Shown here one piece after another: positions 12,675 through 25,810 of a stretch of 64,000 nt of DNA. The translations under genes were made by a program, and so were the position numbers. The DNA comes from Eledone cirrhosa. Taxonomy: Eukaryota. Numbering within the stretch: position 1 is the first letter of the stretch; each line of letters starts with the position of its first letter. The notes beneath the pieces are model-generated. The model made no database searches and was not told where the DNA came from. It worked only from the letters and a program-made list of their open reading frames with translations. The stretch is from positions 331,142,001 to 331,206,000 of the forward strand of contig OZ024741.1 in NCBI GenBank assembly GCA_964016885.1. Direction: 5' to 3'.

Positions 12675-13615
12675 AATGGATGAAAGGCAAAGTTGACATC
12701 GGCGAGATTTGAACTCAGAGAGCTGAAACAAACCAAATTCATTCACAAAGCTTACATCGATCAGAGAATATGTTAAAAGAGGGGACCTCCCCATTGTGAA
12801 ATGGATTTCCTAACCATTTGTTCATGCCGTCGGCGTTCATGTATGAATGTAAACACAAGCTAAGTGTAAGGGCGGTAACTCATGACTAACTTAAAGTCGT
12901 TTACTTGATATATTTTGTACTGATGTAAACTTTCAGGGTGGCACTGTTTGGTATTTCATTGGAATTACGAAACAAGTTGACATTTTAACCAGCTTTGATC
13001 CACGTATGCTCTTTGTAACACATGTTTGGCATTAGTATAATTATCATTTGAACGTAGTTGTAATACTAATAACTACACGCCTGGCATTAGAAAATAGTTA
13101 TGATTTTATAAATGAATTAACGAGGTTACGAATTCAGTTCAGGTTTTGCTTATTAATAGCGAAGTAACTGGTGAAGTAGATATATTATTTGGACTGGACT
13201 AGCAGTTCATGTTTGATGAATTCAAATGCACTGTATCTATTATGTTGTGTCTTTGAGTTGGGTATCTTCAGAGCTGAACATACCTATAAGCTAAAGCTTA
13301 GGGCCACACATCCTCGGGGACCTCAGTGTAGACAGTGCTGGACTTACCTATAAGCTAAATAAGCTATAGCTTAGTTTCACACACCACCGGGTGCCACATT
13401 TAAAAACAAATATTTTTCTTTTATCATTAGTTTTTATTCTTTAACACTAGATCATCAAAAATTAAATTAATTATATATATATATATAGCAAATTAAAAAA
13501 TGGAGTTAAAGACTCACGTTAATCTCCTATAATTACAATATGGTTTTTCTCTGGTGGTATTCTATCCCCTATAATTGAACACATACCTCTTTGTGTAATT
13601 TTCTCTATATACTGT

Positions 13616-13689
<74 letters not shown>

Positions 13690-13692
<3 letters not shown>

Positions 13693-13960
13693 ATAATAAT
13701 AAAATTGAAGACTAAAATCCAAAGAGGGCTCGATAAGGAAAATATATATCAAATATATAAGAACCGTAGAGCAAATATTTATTAAAATAACAGATTAAAG
13801 TTTAAGCAAAGAATCGCTGCTTTCACCCTTAACGGGATCTTCTGAAACTAACAAAGTCAATCTGTAAACGCAGAACTGGATATTTAAAAAAACGTTGCAA
13901 CCGGAGGAAGACAGGAAGACGATACTTTGGTTCGTGGTAACGATATATATATACTGTCTT
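13690..13960 (-). mobile_element. (TA)n-flanked element with degenerate hammerhead (13810-13847) and gagccctc terminal box
   Basis: Minus strand CAGAAGA-tccc-gtta-agggt-GAAA; box at 13724-13731. Confidence 0.4.
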
Positions 13961-13989
13961 ATATATAAAAAAAAAAAAAAAAAAAAGAG

Positions 13990-14852
13990 GACAAAACCCT
14001 GATTCCGTCAGGGAAATGGCCATGTTCGATATGCAGAAAAGGAACTGGCATAAATTCTATAAAATGCACACAATGCAGATCCTGGGTACACAAGAGATGT
14101 AGCGGCATAGCAGGCAAACTAACAGGTAGGGAGAAATATGTATGCAGTAGATGTACAGGGAAATTAGACAGTAGAAGTCGCATTGATAGACACATTTTTC
14201 AAATGCAAGAGGGCACTATAGAAGTGGTGGATAACTTCCGGTACCTAGGAAATCAGATTAGCATGGGAGGAGGGTGTTCCGAGGCCATAGTATCTAGAAT
14301 AAGGACGGGTTGGAAGAAGTTTAGGGAGCTGCTTCCTCTGTTGACGAAGAAGGGTTTCTCCCTGCGTATGAAAGGCTGGTTGTATGATGCCTGTGTGAGG
14401 AGCGCGATGCTGCATGGTAGTGAGACATGGGCAGCAACTGCAGAGGATATGCGACGGCTGGAGAGAAATGAGGCAAGCATGCTCCGTTGGATGTGCAGTG
14501 TAAATGTGCGTGAACGACCCAGCATAAATGTGTTGAGAGAGAAACTGTGTCTGAGAGGGATAGAATGTAGTGTACGGGAGAGGAGACTGAGGTGGTATGG
14601 ACATGTGATGCGCATGGAGGATGACCGATGGGTGAAGAAGTACCAGGAATTGCCAGTTGAAGGAAGACGTGGTAGAGGTAGACCACGAAAAACATGGGTG
14701 GAGGTGGTGAGAACAGACCTCAGATCATTGAAGCTCACGGTGGAGATGACGAGGGACTGTGACGAGTGGAGAGATGCTGTGCTGAATAAGACCCGTCCCA
14801 CCCTTGCAAGCAGGGAAAAGCGGACGTAAAATGATGATGATGATGATGATGA
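13990..14852 (+). mobile_element. 5'-truncated RTE-X-like LINE (Cys-rich insert, RT C-terminal region, (GAT)n tail)
   Basis: WPCSICRKG...CTQCRSWVHKRCSG, FRYLG, LHGSETWA, RRLRWYGHV, RGRGRPRKTW; tail cccttgcaagcagggaaaagcggacgtaaaatgatgat. Confidence 0.85.
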
Positions 14853-14940
14853 TATATATACTATCATTAACAGTTGACTGATGTATTCATTCATTTTCCT
14901 GTCTTCGCTCATATTTTTTATTCATTCAGGACTCTTTTTG

Positions 14941-14981
<41 letters not shown>

Positions 14982-15789
14982 TAAACGGAATAGAAAATGC
15001 TGACTTCCGTTTACCAATATATCATAACTTGCCTCGGTCCGATTTGACGAAAGTCGATCGTTCCTTTATATATATTATATTCTTTATCATTAATATTAAT
15101 ATAAACAAATAATAAACATATATAATTATTTAAAATTTTTTTAGAGGAGGGTCTCAATTTTCATATAGCTTAGGGCCTCAGCAGGTGAAAGTCCGACTCA
15201 GGGTATCTTATTCAATGTGCTTCAGTTGTTGTTGTTTAGCTCTAGGTTAGTTGTGATCGAGCAGACATATGATCAAAACCATCACCATTCTATTGTTTCA
15301 TTTCATTAATAGTAGACACAAGATGGGGGCCTTATAATAGAGATGGGTTTAGCCAGTACATCGGATCAGGGCCTTCGAGAATATCTACCAATCATGTCCT
15401 TCAAAACCATATACCCAACTCTCCCAGCAAAACAACAACTTGCCAACACCAATGACTGGTATTGGGGGTGGGCAATGAATGGCCATTAGACTGCAGGAGC
15501 CATATTATGTAGTTTTTATGTTACTCTTCAACCCTCTAACTCTCTCTGCATCCCACCAGGCCCCCCCAAACAATCTTGTTCTGCCTTGTTAATTTTCTTC
15601 CCTCCAAGGATCTGACCCAGATAACCATATCCAATTTGTCCTCTTAAAAAAAAATGGTTGAATCTTGTCTGAAGGAGATTTAACTGCTGTTTCTTGCCAT
15701 TGAGACTGTCTATGTGAATCAGTTTACCTAATCATAGACAGGAAAGATTGAGCAATACACCATTTAATCTAGAATAGACATAGAAACCA

Positions 15790-15885
15790 GGAGTATCAGG
15801 AGATAAGTCATTCATCATAGCAGTAAAATATAAAGTAAATAGTGTTGGTGCCAGCACAAAACCTTGTTTATAAACCACCAGTAAT
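15790..15885 (-). pseudogene. RTE RT relic
   Basis: Minus strand encodes KQGFVLAPTLFTLYF (GVKQGCVLAPTLF motif). Confidence 0.55.
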
Positions 15886-15894
15886 AGGAAAACG

Positions 15895-16200
15895 AAGGTG
15901 GCAAATTGGTAGAGTCGTTAGAACGTCAGTTAGAGTGCTTTGCAGAATTCATTTTAGCTCTCTGCTCTCTCAGTTCAAATCCTGCTGAGGTCAACTTTGT
16001 CTTTTATCCATTCGAGGTCGATAAAAGTACCAGTGGGGTCAATTCTTCTTCTATATCTCTTTCTCAGTTCTTTTCTCTGAATCCATTCTTCTCTTGAAGA
16101 AATCTGCTGTAATTAGACTTGGAGAGGAGATGGGCTCTGCCATGTTTAAAAATGCCCTAAGAAACGCTGTATGTCAATATGATGCCCCCACAACTCCCCC
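15895..16200 (+). mobile_element. SINE family A, diverged copy with extended 3' part
   Basis: ggtggcaaattggtagag...gttcaaatcc...tttgtcttttatccattcgaggtcgataa; relatives at 21480-21785 (-), 36820-37030 and 8300-8490. Confidence 0.6.
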
Positions 16201-16329
16201 AGGAGTTAAGGGTTCATAACATACCAATAGGAAAATGGTTTGATACGGTACATTGATGACAGACATTCTCAAGCATGACATCAAGTAAAGAACAATTAAG
16301 AGAAACACATTGTTCAGGGTAACCAAAAC

Positions 16330-16500
16330 AGGTTAAGGGGTCCCAAATTGTTGGCCTTGGCACAATGTCAAATGCCCTTTCTTAGGTCCCAGAAAATAAA
16401 CATAAGTGGTTGCTGTTGTTATCAGTGTTTCTCCCGAAGTTCTCATGCACTGAAAGTCATGTCAACAGTGGTCTTAAAGTGTCCAAAACTTCATTGACAT
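16330..16500 (-). pseudogene. CR1/L2-like RT relic
   Basis: Minus strand gives a frameshifted YFLDLRKAFDIVP-like motif. Confidence 0.45.
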
Positions 16501-18003
16501 TCAGAAAGAACATCTGCCAGTCCAAGAGGAAATGTGTGAAGATCTTGCAAGCAGTGCTCAATAGAGATAGTCTAAGTCTAAAGTCTGTCTTAAGCCAGAA
16601 GGATCATTTGGCCAGTGCTTATCCTGGTTTCAAGGTGTGAAGCGACTGAGAGTACAAGACTCCCCCCTGGACAGGACTCCAGTCCATCACAGGGTTAAAC
16701 CCCCAGCTATTGCTGGTACTAATTTTTCAACTGAGTATACTGGAGCAACGTGTAATGAAGTGTTTTGCTCAAGAACACAACATGCAACCCAGGAATCGAA
16801 CCCACAACATTATGATCATAAGTCCAACCCAGTTACCACTAGGCCACGTGCCTCCAATAGAGATATGGCATGATCATTTCCATGGAGTTATGTATATCAC
16901 CCTTCTTGACAATTGTTACTATGTTAACATTTTTGAAATATTCTACCCAGTCCAACCTGTTGGTCATTTTGTTGCCATTAGGAAAAGCATCTGGTCCACT
17001 CTGTAAAGTGGTCATGTTGGTGATGCGACAAAAAGCACCTGGTTCACCCTGATAGATAGTTGTTTTGGTGCCACAATAGTAAACATCCAGTTCATGCTGT
17101 AAATGTGGTTGGCATTAGGAAGGGCATCTACCCATAGAAACCAAGCCAGAAACAGTTCTGTATGAGCTAGACATGGTATTCTGATCTAACTTGTCTCACA
17201 ATGGGACAACTTGTTGAAACCATGCTAGCATAGAAAATTGATGTTAAATGGTGATGATATATATTTATATATATAATATATATATATATCATCATCATCA
17301 TTACCATTTAACATCTACTTTTCCACGCTGGAATGGGTTAGACATATATATACATATACGTATACACATATACACATGCATACATACATACATGCATATA
17401 TAGGAATAAGTGGGTGAAGATGAAGAATTTTTTAGTATTTTCTCTCATAATTCTTACTAATCTACATTATATGGAAAAAAAAAAAAATCCAAACCCCATT
17501 CAATATGAAGTGACTGTTTTCCAAAAGGTCACCAAAGTGTCAAAATATCTGATGTGGTTTTAATTTAGTTCACTTTATAAAGATGTATGAATACATTAAC
17601 TCACTTTGTTACACATAGGCAGCATAGGACTACACAGACACACTTTATGGGACTGTATATATGTATATACACATACACACACACACACACACACATGTGT
17701 ATATATAGATATATATATATATAGATAGAGAGAAAATCCCAACCGTGACGCCAGACTTCTGTGTTCAGCAAGCTTTTTCAAGTGTTGGGATTTTTACCTA
17801 TCTTTATACCCACCACCCACCATGCATCTCATGCATTGAGTACTCCCATGATTTGTGGTCTCCTCGGTCTCAGCACTGCAGACTCTCTTTCTCTCTCTCT
17901 CTCTATATATATATAAAATGACATACACACACACACACCATCATCATCATCATCATCATCATCATCATTTTACGGCAGCTTTTCCCTGCTTGCAAGGGTG
18001 GGA

Positions 18004-18038
<35 letters not shown>

Positions 18039-18049
18039 ATATATATATA

Positions 18050-18463
18050 TGTGTCTGATGGTAGCTAAGATGCTTCCATAGGTGGTATGCCGATTGAGCG
18101 CTCTATGCTCTTACAGAGCAGAGTATGATATAATAGAAAACGAAAAATCATTGATGCATCTGAACTCAATTTATTGTGTGTTACAATTGTTTCGCTGGTG
18201 GACAGCTCGAGACGCGATCATTGTGTGGATCTGTCTGATTCTGAACCCACAGTTTCGACGGACACGTCTAATGATTTTGGAGCATATTCTCTGAATATAT
18301 GCTCCGAGAGAATATGCTCTGAAATCATTAGACGTGTCCGTCGAACCTGTGGGTCCAGAATCAGACAGATCCACACAATGATCGCGTCTCGAGCTGTCCA
18401 CCAGTGAAACAATTGTAACACACAATAAATTGAGTTCAGATGCATCACTGATTTTTCGTTTTC

Positions 18464-18470
<7 letters not shown>
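18050..18470. mobile_element. Hairpin element (arms 18129-18291 / 18309-18470) with the 3' half of a hammerhead and a gagcgctc box
   Basis: Near-perfect palindrome. Arms contain GAAA-caattg-TA but no CTGANGA. (TA)n on both sides. Confidence 0.7.
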
Positions 18471-18499
<29 letters not shown>

Positions 18500-18889
18500 T
18501 CGATCAAGGTGATCAAGGTGATATATATATATATATATATATAAGCAAGGAAGTAAGTGTTGGTAAAATTCAGTACTTCAGTATGCGGATAGGGAGCACT
18601 CAACGAAGATATAAGTTCCGGATATATACATATATTACCTGGTAGAGGAATGTAAGAGTGTGAGAATGGATTATGGTCTTTGCAGCAGGTATGGTAATAG
18701 TCCAAAATGAGGGTTTAATGTACAGTATCCAGGTGGAAGATCACAGAGTAAATATAAGTTTAAAGGTATAGGAAATACAAACGACTAGGCATGAAGTAGA
18801 GGTTAAATTAGAAAAATTTAATTAGAGTCCGTTCTTTAACACGTTTCAGTACAATATCAGTCTATGGGCGCTGATTGCATATTATTAAT

Positions 18890-19080
18890 TATGGTGGATT
18901 GGCAGTATTGGTAGAGGGTCGGACGTCATGCTTTGACGCATAGAGTTACGGCCCTTTCCATTGTGAGTTCAAATCCCCCCGAGGTCAACTTTGCCTTTCA
19001 TCCTTATGGGGTCGATAAAATAAAGTACCAGTAATGTACTGGGTAATTGCTGGCCTTGTGCCAAAAGTAGAAACAATTAA
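18890..19080 (+). mobile_element. SINE family A
   Basis: tRNA-like head (ggcagtattggtagag...gagttcaaatccc) plus gcctttcatcctt..ggggtcgataaaataaagtaccag core. Confidence 0.85.
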
Positions 19081-19394
19081 TTATGCTCAATCATTAGCAT
19101 TACCTAAAATACTGCACTTCTTCAGAGAGAGTTCATAGTTTGAGGTGAGGTCCCTGCATCTAGCAGTAAGGATTTTCTTACTACTATCTACTCAGATCTA
19201 ACGGTAACTGTTTTACACTAACAGAGATGAAGCAGAAAAGGAAGGCGTGGGAGGGACAAGATGAATAAAGTAAGGAAAAATGATAAAAAATGAGTGAGGA
19301 TAAATAAACCAAAATAATCAATGAAAGGGTGTACGTTTACATATACATAAACACACATGTACACTTAAATATATGTATATATACACACACTCAC

Positions 19395-19469
<75 letters not shown>

Positions 19470-19542
19470 TACGTTTATACTTACATATACACACATACAT
19501 AAATATACACACCTACATATACATACATATATATGTACATAC

Positions 19543-19597
<55 letters not shown>

Positions 19598-20002
19598 AAT
19601 ATATATACCTATACACATATATACACACACACACACATATGCCCACTCATACACACATACATACACATACACATATATACATACACATATATACAAATAC
19701 ACATACAGACATATACACCCATAAAGAAGACCAGTAAGCAGTGAGAATGGAGAGTTAAATAGTGAATAGGTAGATAAGAGGTCAGTGAAGGAAAGAGGAT
19801 GGAGGAGGGATTTTGCTGGTCAAAGTGTCTAGAATGGATAAGCTAATGGTTAAGGACAGTAATAAATGTTTTCTCAACAGACTGTCCCTTAAGGAAAAGA
19901 TATGTTGGGGAACCCATTAGTATGTAAATTGGTCCCCTCCGCCGTAAGATCCTGGCAGTCTGAAGAAGTGCAGTATTTTATGTAATGCTAGCAATTGAGC
20001 AT

Positions 20003-20386
20003 AATTGTTTCTACTTTTGGCACAAGGCCAACAATTACCCCAGTACATTACTGGTACTTTATTTTATCGACCCCGTAAGGATGAAAGGCAAGGTTAATCT
20101 CGGCTGGATTTGAACCCAGAACGTAAAGGGCCGTAACTCTATGCTGAAAAGCCTGGCGTCCGACCTTCTACTGATACTGCCACACCAATTATTATTGAGC
20201 ATAATAATTGTTTCTACTTTTGGCACAAGGCCAGCAATTATCCCAGTGTATTACTGGTGCTTTATTTTATTGACCCTTTAAGGATGAAAGGCAAAGTTAA
20301 CTTCGTCGGTATTTGAACACAGTCCATAAAGGGCTGTAACTCTTTGCTGTAAAGCATGGCGTCCGACCCTCTACCGATACTGCCAA
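20003..20386 (-). mobile_element. Two tandem SINE family A copies
   Basis: The core appears twice (20003-20185 and 20205-20386). Confidence 0.85.
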
Positions 20387-22305
20387 TAATATGCAATCAG
20401 CACTCATAGACTGATGTTGCATTGAAATATGTGTTAAAGAACGGACTCTAATTAAATTTTTCTCATTTAACCTCTATTTCATGCCTAGTCATTTGTTTTT
20501 CCTTTACCTTTACATTTATAATTACTCCATGATCTTCCACCTGGATACTGTACATTGAACTCTCATTTTGGACTACTACCGTACCTCCTGCAAAGACCAT
20601 GTCCAGAAAAATACTTTGGTAAGCAATCTTACTTGTTTATTTTGTTTGTACATTGATTCACACAAACAAATTTTAACCTTACATATCTTTATATATATGT
20701 ACATATATATATATATATATCATGATTGTTATATATATCTTCACCAACCTCCGAGTACCTAGGAAAGTATATGCCAGTTTGCCATGCATTTTATATAATA
20801 TAGTAATACAAAATGTATATAAAAAGCTGGAGCCTGCAGATATGCCTCTGTCCACAAATTTCCAATCTCCAGGGGTACTTTATCTGATTTTTTCAACTAT
20901 TATTATAGTCATTTGTGTTGGGACGACCACATTTCAAATTTAAAATTTTCCCAAAGCTTCTTAAATCAACCAGTTATATATAAATATATTTAGCAAGATA
21001 TAATAACTAAATATTTTTACCAATAATTATCAGCACACATGCTCACTATAGTGCTGATTATTACTAGATATCAGGTGTTTTAAGTTGATGAAACAAATAA
21101 ATATTAGAAGAAACATGACCAGGAGATATGTTACCTGTTTTGTAAGTAACAGTAACACACCTGGAGCAAATATAAACTCATGACAATTAAGCTTATATAA
21201 TCTAATGACAAGTCAAAATAAAATTTAATAACATTTAATGAAACATGTAAAGAAAGTTAAAGCTTGTATAATTCTTCTTCTTCTTCTTCTTCTTCTTCTT
21301 CTTCTTCTTCTTCTTCTTCAGCAGTAGCAGCGTGGTTTCTACACCTGGATCTTCTTCCTAACTTACAGAGTGTACTAGGTGGATTCTATTGTGGCACAAT
21401 CTTCCTGACTGATGAGTTCTACCGTCCGTACGTTGTTACTATTTGAATGTCATGCATGCATGGTCCTATGACTCATGAGGGAGTAGTGATATACAGCATT
21501 TCTAAGGCATTTTCTGCCTGGCGGAGCCCATCTCCTCACCAGGCAACAGTACAGCAGATTTCTTCCAGAGAAGGATAGGGAGAGAGTGATAGAGAAAGTA
21601 AGTGAGATAGAGATATAAAGGAAGAATCAACCCCAGTATTAGACTGGTACAGTTTCTTTATTGACCTCGAAAGGATGAAATGCACAGTTGCCCTTGGCAG
21701 GATTTAAACTGAGAAAGCAGAGATCCAGATCGAATGCTAGAAAGCTTCTATCAAACATTCTAACGACTCTTATAATTTGCCACCTACATATATTTGAATG
21801 TTAACAACTATACAAATTAACAAACATGGAGATGTGGGGTGATGAGTCAAGGAGATGAAGAAGAAGAAATAGAAATGTAGTAACTATACAAATTCTATTT
21901 TAATCTCCCAAGCATATTTGTCCCAGAAGCTTTCCTGCAGTGTTTGATTTAAAGTCTGACCAGTGACATTTTATAATCTAACAATTAGGTATTGGTAAGT
22001 CTAATTATCAAAAGACCTCTTGATCATTCATAAAATACTATTTATAGATTTCAACTTCCAACAAATGCCAGATATAATGAACTCTTAAGAAATCATTTAT
22101 TCCTACTCATTGATCACTTTTGCTGATTAAATTAGCATTAGATTAAATAAAGAGTATTTTCCTATTTCTTAAATTACTGAAGTAATTTATTTCTATGAGA
22201 CTTCCTGTAATATTGATAAAAATCAATAAATTTGACCCAGGACACTAGTACAAATATTATTTATAATAACAAAGGAAGTATGTTTAGAAAGTGTTAAGTG
22301 AAGTT

Positions 22306-22542
22306 TGAAAATTGAAATAGAAATAGAAGGCATCGCCATAACATTTTAACTAAATAATATAGTCTAATAATGGGGGCATATAAACCCACTGAATGGAAGC
22401 AGTTGGGTATCAGCACACATGGGAATCAAACCCACACTTCTCATTTGCTATTCAGTGGGTTTATACACCCCATTATTATTAGACTATTTTATTTAGTTAA
22501 AATGTTATGGCAAAGTTATCTAATTTTCTATTTCAATTTTCA
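22306..22542. repeat. Imperfect hairpin inserted within a ~70-bp dispersed direct repeat
   Basis: gccataacattttaactaaataa / ttatttagttaaaatgttatggc. Flanking unit aatattgataaaaatcaataaatttgacc at 22209, 22584 and 23083. Confidence 0.65.
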
Positions 22543-22684
22543 TTTATAATAACAGTTGATGTAATAAACTGGAATCTTCCTAAAATATTGATAAAAATCA
22601 ATAAATCTGACCAACGTCACTTGTACAAATGTTATTTAAAACAACAGTTGAAGTAACAGACTGGAGACTTTCTGAACTATTGGT

Positions 22685-23082
22685 CATCATCATCATCATG
22701 TCAAGTTTCCTTGTACAACGTTGATAATTATACTTCTTCCCTTGTCCTTATCCAACATGGATTCCACAAGTTCATTCTTTCTGAGATTTCTGTCTTTACA
22801 GATCCACTCCAGAAACAGCATGAGGCTGACCTCTTGTTCTTCTACTATGTGAGGTTTCCTATAGCAATAACTGATGTAATGCCTCTGCCTGATCTCTTTG
22901 CCATACATGAACTATGAGACTGAGTCTTCTAGCCTTTATGATGTCTGTAGTCGGTCTCAGGTTGCCGTATAGAGACTTATTTATTCTGTGCTCCCTCCAA
23001 GATGTATTTTGCACTTTCCCCAGTAGTCTTGTATATGTGCCATATAACCATCTTCCTATTTCTTTTGTAAGTGCCCAGCAGT
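22685..23082 (-). mobile_element. RTE-like LINE 3' fragment with (GAT)n tail
   Basis: SWREHRINKSLYGNL...IIKARRLSL peptide. Confidence 0.6.
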
Positions 23083-23754
23083 AATGTTGATAAAAATCAA
23101 TAAATTTGTTCGAGGACACTAGTATAAATGTTATTTATAATAACAGTTGAAATAAAGACTTCATCATTTGAAAACCAGACTGGATGTGTTTCAGTATCCA
23201 ATCTTCAGTATATCATTTCTCTTGAGATCAGCAGTTCGCAATCTCTCAATATTAAACCCCCTAGTTGAACAAATCAAATAATCTTCATTGATCCCTGTTT
23301 TAATATATTCCCATTAGGAGTTATTTATAATTTGATATTTTTCAATGGAGGCATGTAGCCAAGTGGTTAGGTGTTGGAATCACAATCATAAAGTTGTGGG
23401 TTTGATTCCTGGAGTTAGTGACATGTGTTCTTGAGCAAGACAATTCATTCCACATTGGTTTTCATGATAGAATTGGGTCCCCTATCATTAAACACCCAAG
23501 AAATTTCCTATGAGATAGACACTCATATGAGGCCAGCTAAACTTGCATAGGTATGAGCTGTATATTTCATTTTTTTCAGTGGGAAATATTCCTTAGTTTT
23601 TATTTACAGTAAATGTTGTGTTGTAGCTCTTACATTTCATTGTGTAGTTTATTGTATAACAATTATTTACATGAACATTTTATATTTTATCAAATATCAC
23701 CCACCCCACCTTCCAAAAAAATGTCTTTCTGAACCTTTTCAAGAATAATGAACA

Positions 23755-24000
23755 CAATCTGGGGGCAATCACTAATAAAAAATTTTTTTTTAATAAAATA
23801 TGCTCGTTCAGAATTTATTTCAATTCCAAACAACAAATTACATGGTTTCCCTTTCAAAATACCCCCCCCCTCCCCGAGTCTAATGCACTTTTCCATCCTT
23901 CTCTGCCATGCTTTTATGCACTGCTAAAAGGATTCTTCTGGGTTGCCTCTCAGCTCCATCATTATGGCCCCCTTGATGGCCTCCCCACATTCAAAATGGG
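23755..24000 (-). pseudogene. Mariner transposase C-terminal relic
   Basis: Minus strand gives HFECGEAIKGAIMMELRGNPEESF*QCIKAWQRRMEKCIRL...YFEG-like. Confidence 0.7.
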
Positions 24001-24932
24001 CAAAAATCGAAACCCTGTTTATAAGCTGAGGCAGCTGACACATGTTTAGATGGTGTGATTCTCATGAGTAGGGAATCTACTTATGAAGTTTTAATATTTT
24101 GATATCTAAAATGTTTTAAGTGTCATTTAGTGTATAGTTTCTTTTGTTTCACAACTCCATTACATAATGATTTTTTACCATTTAACCCTTTTTATAAAGT
24201 TTCAACAAGTTTCTCGAATTTTTGTTTACTTCTGGCAAGGGGGCATAATGAATAGGGGATAGTTAAAAAAAAAAGATCGACTAAGAGAACATTGTATAAG
24301 GATTGAGAGTAGAAGGGGAGAGAGAGAGGGGAGACAGGGCAAGAAAATGAGAGGGTGTAAGCGTGAAAAGAGAGAGAGAGCAAGATCAAATAGTCTCACT
24401 AACCTACAATTGGCCATACATGGTAAGAACAGCTACACTCCTGACATGATCAAAACCAAACAGAAAAATGGTGGGGGTCAACCAATGAGGGGTTCCTATA
24501 ACATAAGTGAGAAGGCCCTGGATTAATTGATTGATTGACCTCAAATAAATATAATAGAACACCCCAGCTATTCCAGTGCTTCAGCTCCAGTATCCAGTTA
24601 TGGGTACATTAGAGGATTATAATCTTACTGGCTTTTAAATGAGTCACTGAATCCAAATAAACACTTTCAGTAGCTTTTTCCAGGATATATGAAGCATTAT
24701 GTCAGCAGGAGATTTATATATATATATCATCATCATCATCATCATCACCATTTAACATCCATTTTTCTATGCTAGCATAAGCTAAATACTGTTAGAAATC
24801 CTAGGTCAGGTGACCATGTCTTGTTCATACAGAAATGATTTTGGCCTAGTTTCCTAATGCCAACCACATTTACAGTGTGTTCTGGGTGCTTTTTGTCATC
24901 TACACAACCACTTTACAGTGTGGGCTGGGTGT

Positions 24933-24963
<31 letters not shown>

Positions 24964-24996
24964 TGGAAAATGTGTGAGATCCTTGGTACAGTTAGG

Positions 24997-25140
24997 TATA
25001 TTTGAAAAAAAGGAAAATAATGACTTCACTTGTAGTTCTAAACAATTTGATTTAATTTTATAATATTATAATATTATAAAATTAAATCAAATTGTTTAGA
25101 ACTACAAGCGAAGTCATTCTTTTCCTTTTTTTCAAATATA
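24997..25140. repeat. ~144-bp AT-rich palindrome next to (TA)n
   Basis: ttgtagttctaaacaatttgatttaattttataat mirrored by attataaaattaaatcaaattgtttagaactacaa. Confidence 0.8.
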
Positions 25141-25227
25141 TATATATATATGTATGTGTGTATACATATACAGATACATATATATATATATATATACATA
25201 TATAGTTACATGCATAATCATATATAT

Positions 25228-25810
25228 ATCATCATCATCATCACCGTTTAATGTCAATTTTCCCATTATTGCATAGGTTAGATGGGTCGTCCACATTACG
25301 AGACAAGTTTGGCCAGCTGGCCATGGTGTACATGCTCAAACAGAACTGTATTTTGGCTGGGGTTTTTACAGCTGGATGTCCTCCCTAACACCAACCACGT
25401 TTACATTGTGGAACTGGGTGGTTCCATTATGAGGGAGATCTGGCCAGTTGACTGCGCCATGCTTTGCTTATAGTGGGGCCATGTTTGGGCTGGGTTTTTA
25501 TGGCATCTAGATACCCTTCCTATCGCCAACCACATTTACAATGTGGAACTGGGGGCACCGTTGTGAGGCATGTCTGTCCAATTGGCTGTGTCGTACCTTG
25601 CTCAAAATGGGACTGTATTTTGGCTGGGATTTTACAGCTGGCTGCCCTTCCTAATACCAACCACATTTATTGTGTGGAACTGAGACTACTCTTGCCAGAT
25701 AGCTGCACCATTCCTTGCACAAATCAGGACTATGTGTTTGCTGGGTTTTTATGACTGCATCATCGCTGTATAACATCTATTTTTTCATGCTTCCATGGGT
25801 TAGATGGGTC
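25228..25810 (-). mobile_element. Tandem decayed SINE-B/RTE-X 3'-tail modules
   Basis: Repeated ttttacagctggatgtccttcctaacaccaaccac units; (ATC)n tail at 25228. Confidence 0.65.

Larger units (their letters stand above)
18543..20600. mobile_element. Large inverted duplication (18672-19126 vs 19959-20600) with SINE-interrupted hammerheads
   Basis: Arms are reverse complementary. CTGAAGA-agtgcagtat...[SINE]...atattgtact-GAAA-cgtg-TT on - strand (18833-19130); degenerate mirror at 19960-20440. Confidence 0.65.

Noticed and set aside
13280-15202. Possible hAT-like MITE ends (cagtgctggactt...tatagcttagggcc; also 59975-60042)
   Set aside because: Termini are degenerate and no target-site duplication could be identified, so boundaries are not supportable.
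18890-18985. tRNA genes at SINE heads (also 23347, 26357, 53103)
   Set aside because: A/B-box-like motifs only; no complete cloverleaf, and they run directly into SINE bodies.
21135-21160. Possible 26-nt minus-strand microexon (ctccag|GTGTGTTACTGTTACTTACAAAACAG|gtaac)
   Set aside because: Splice-like sites occur by chance; no partner exons or homology are visible.
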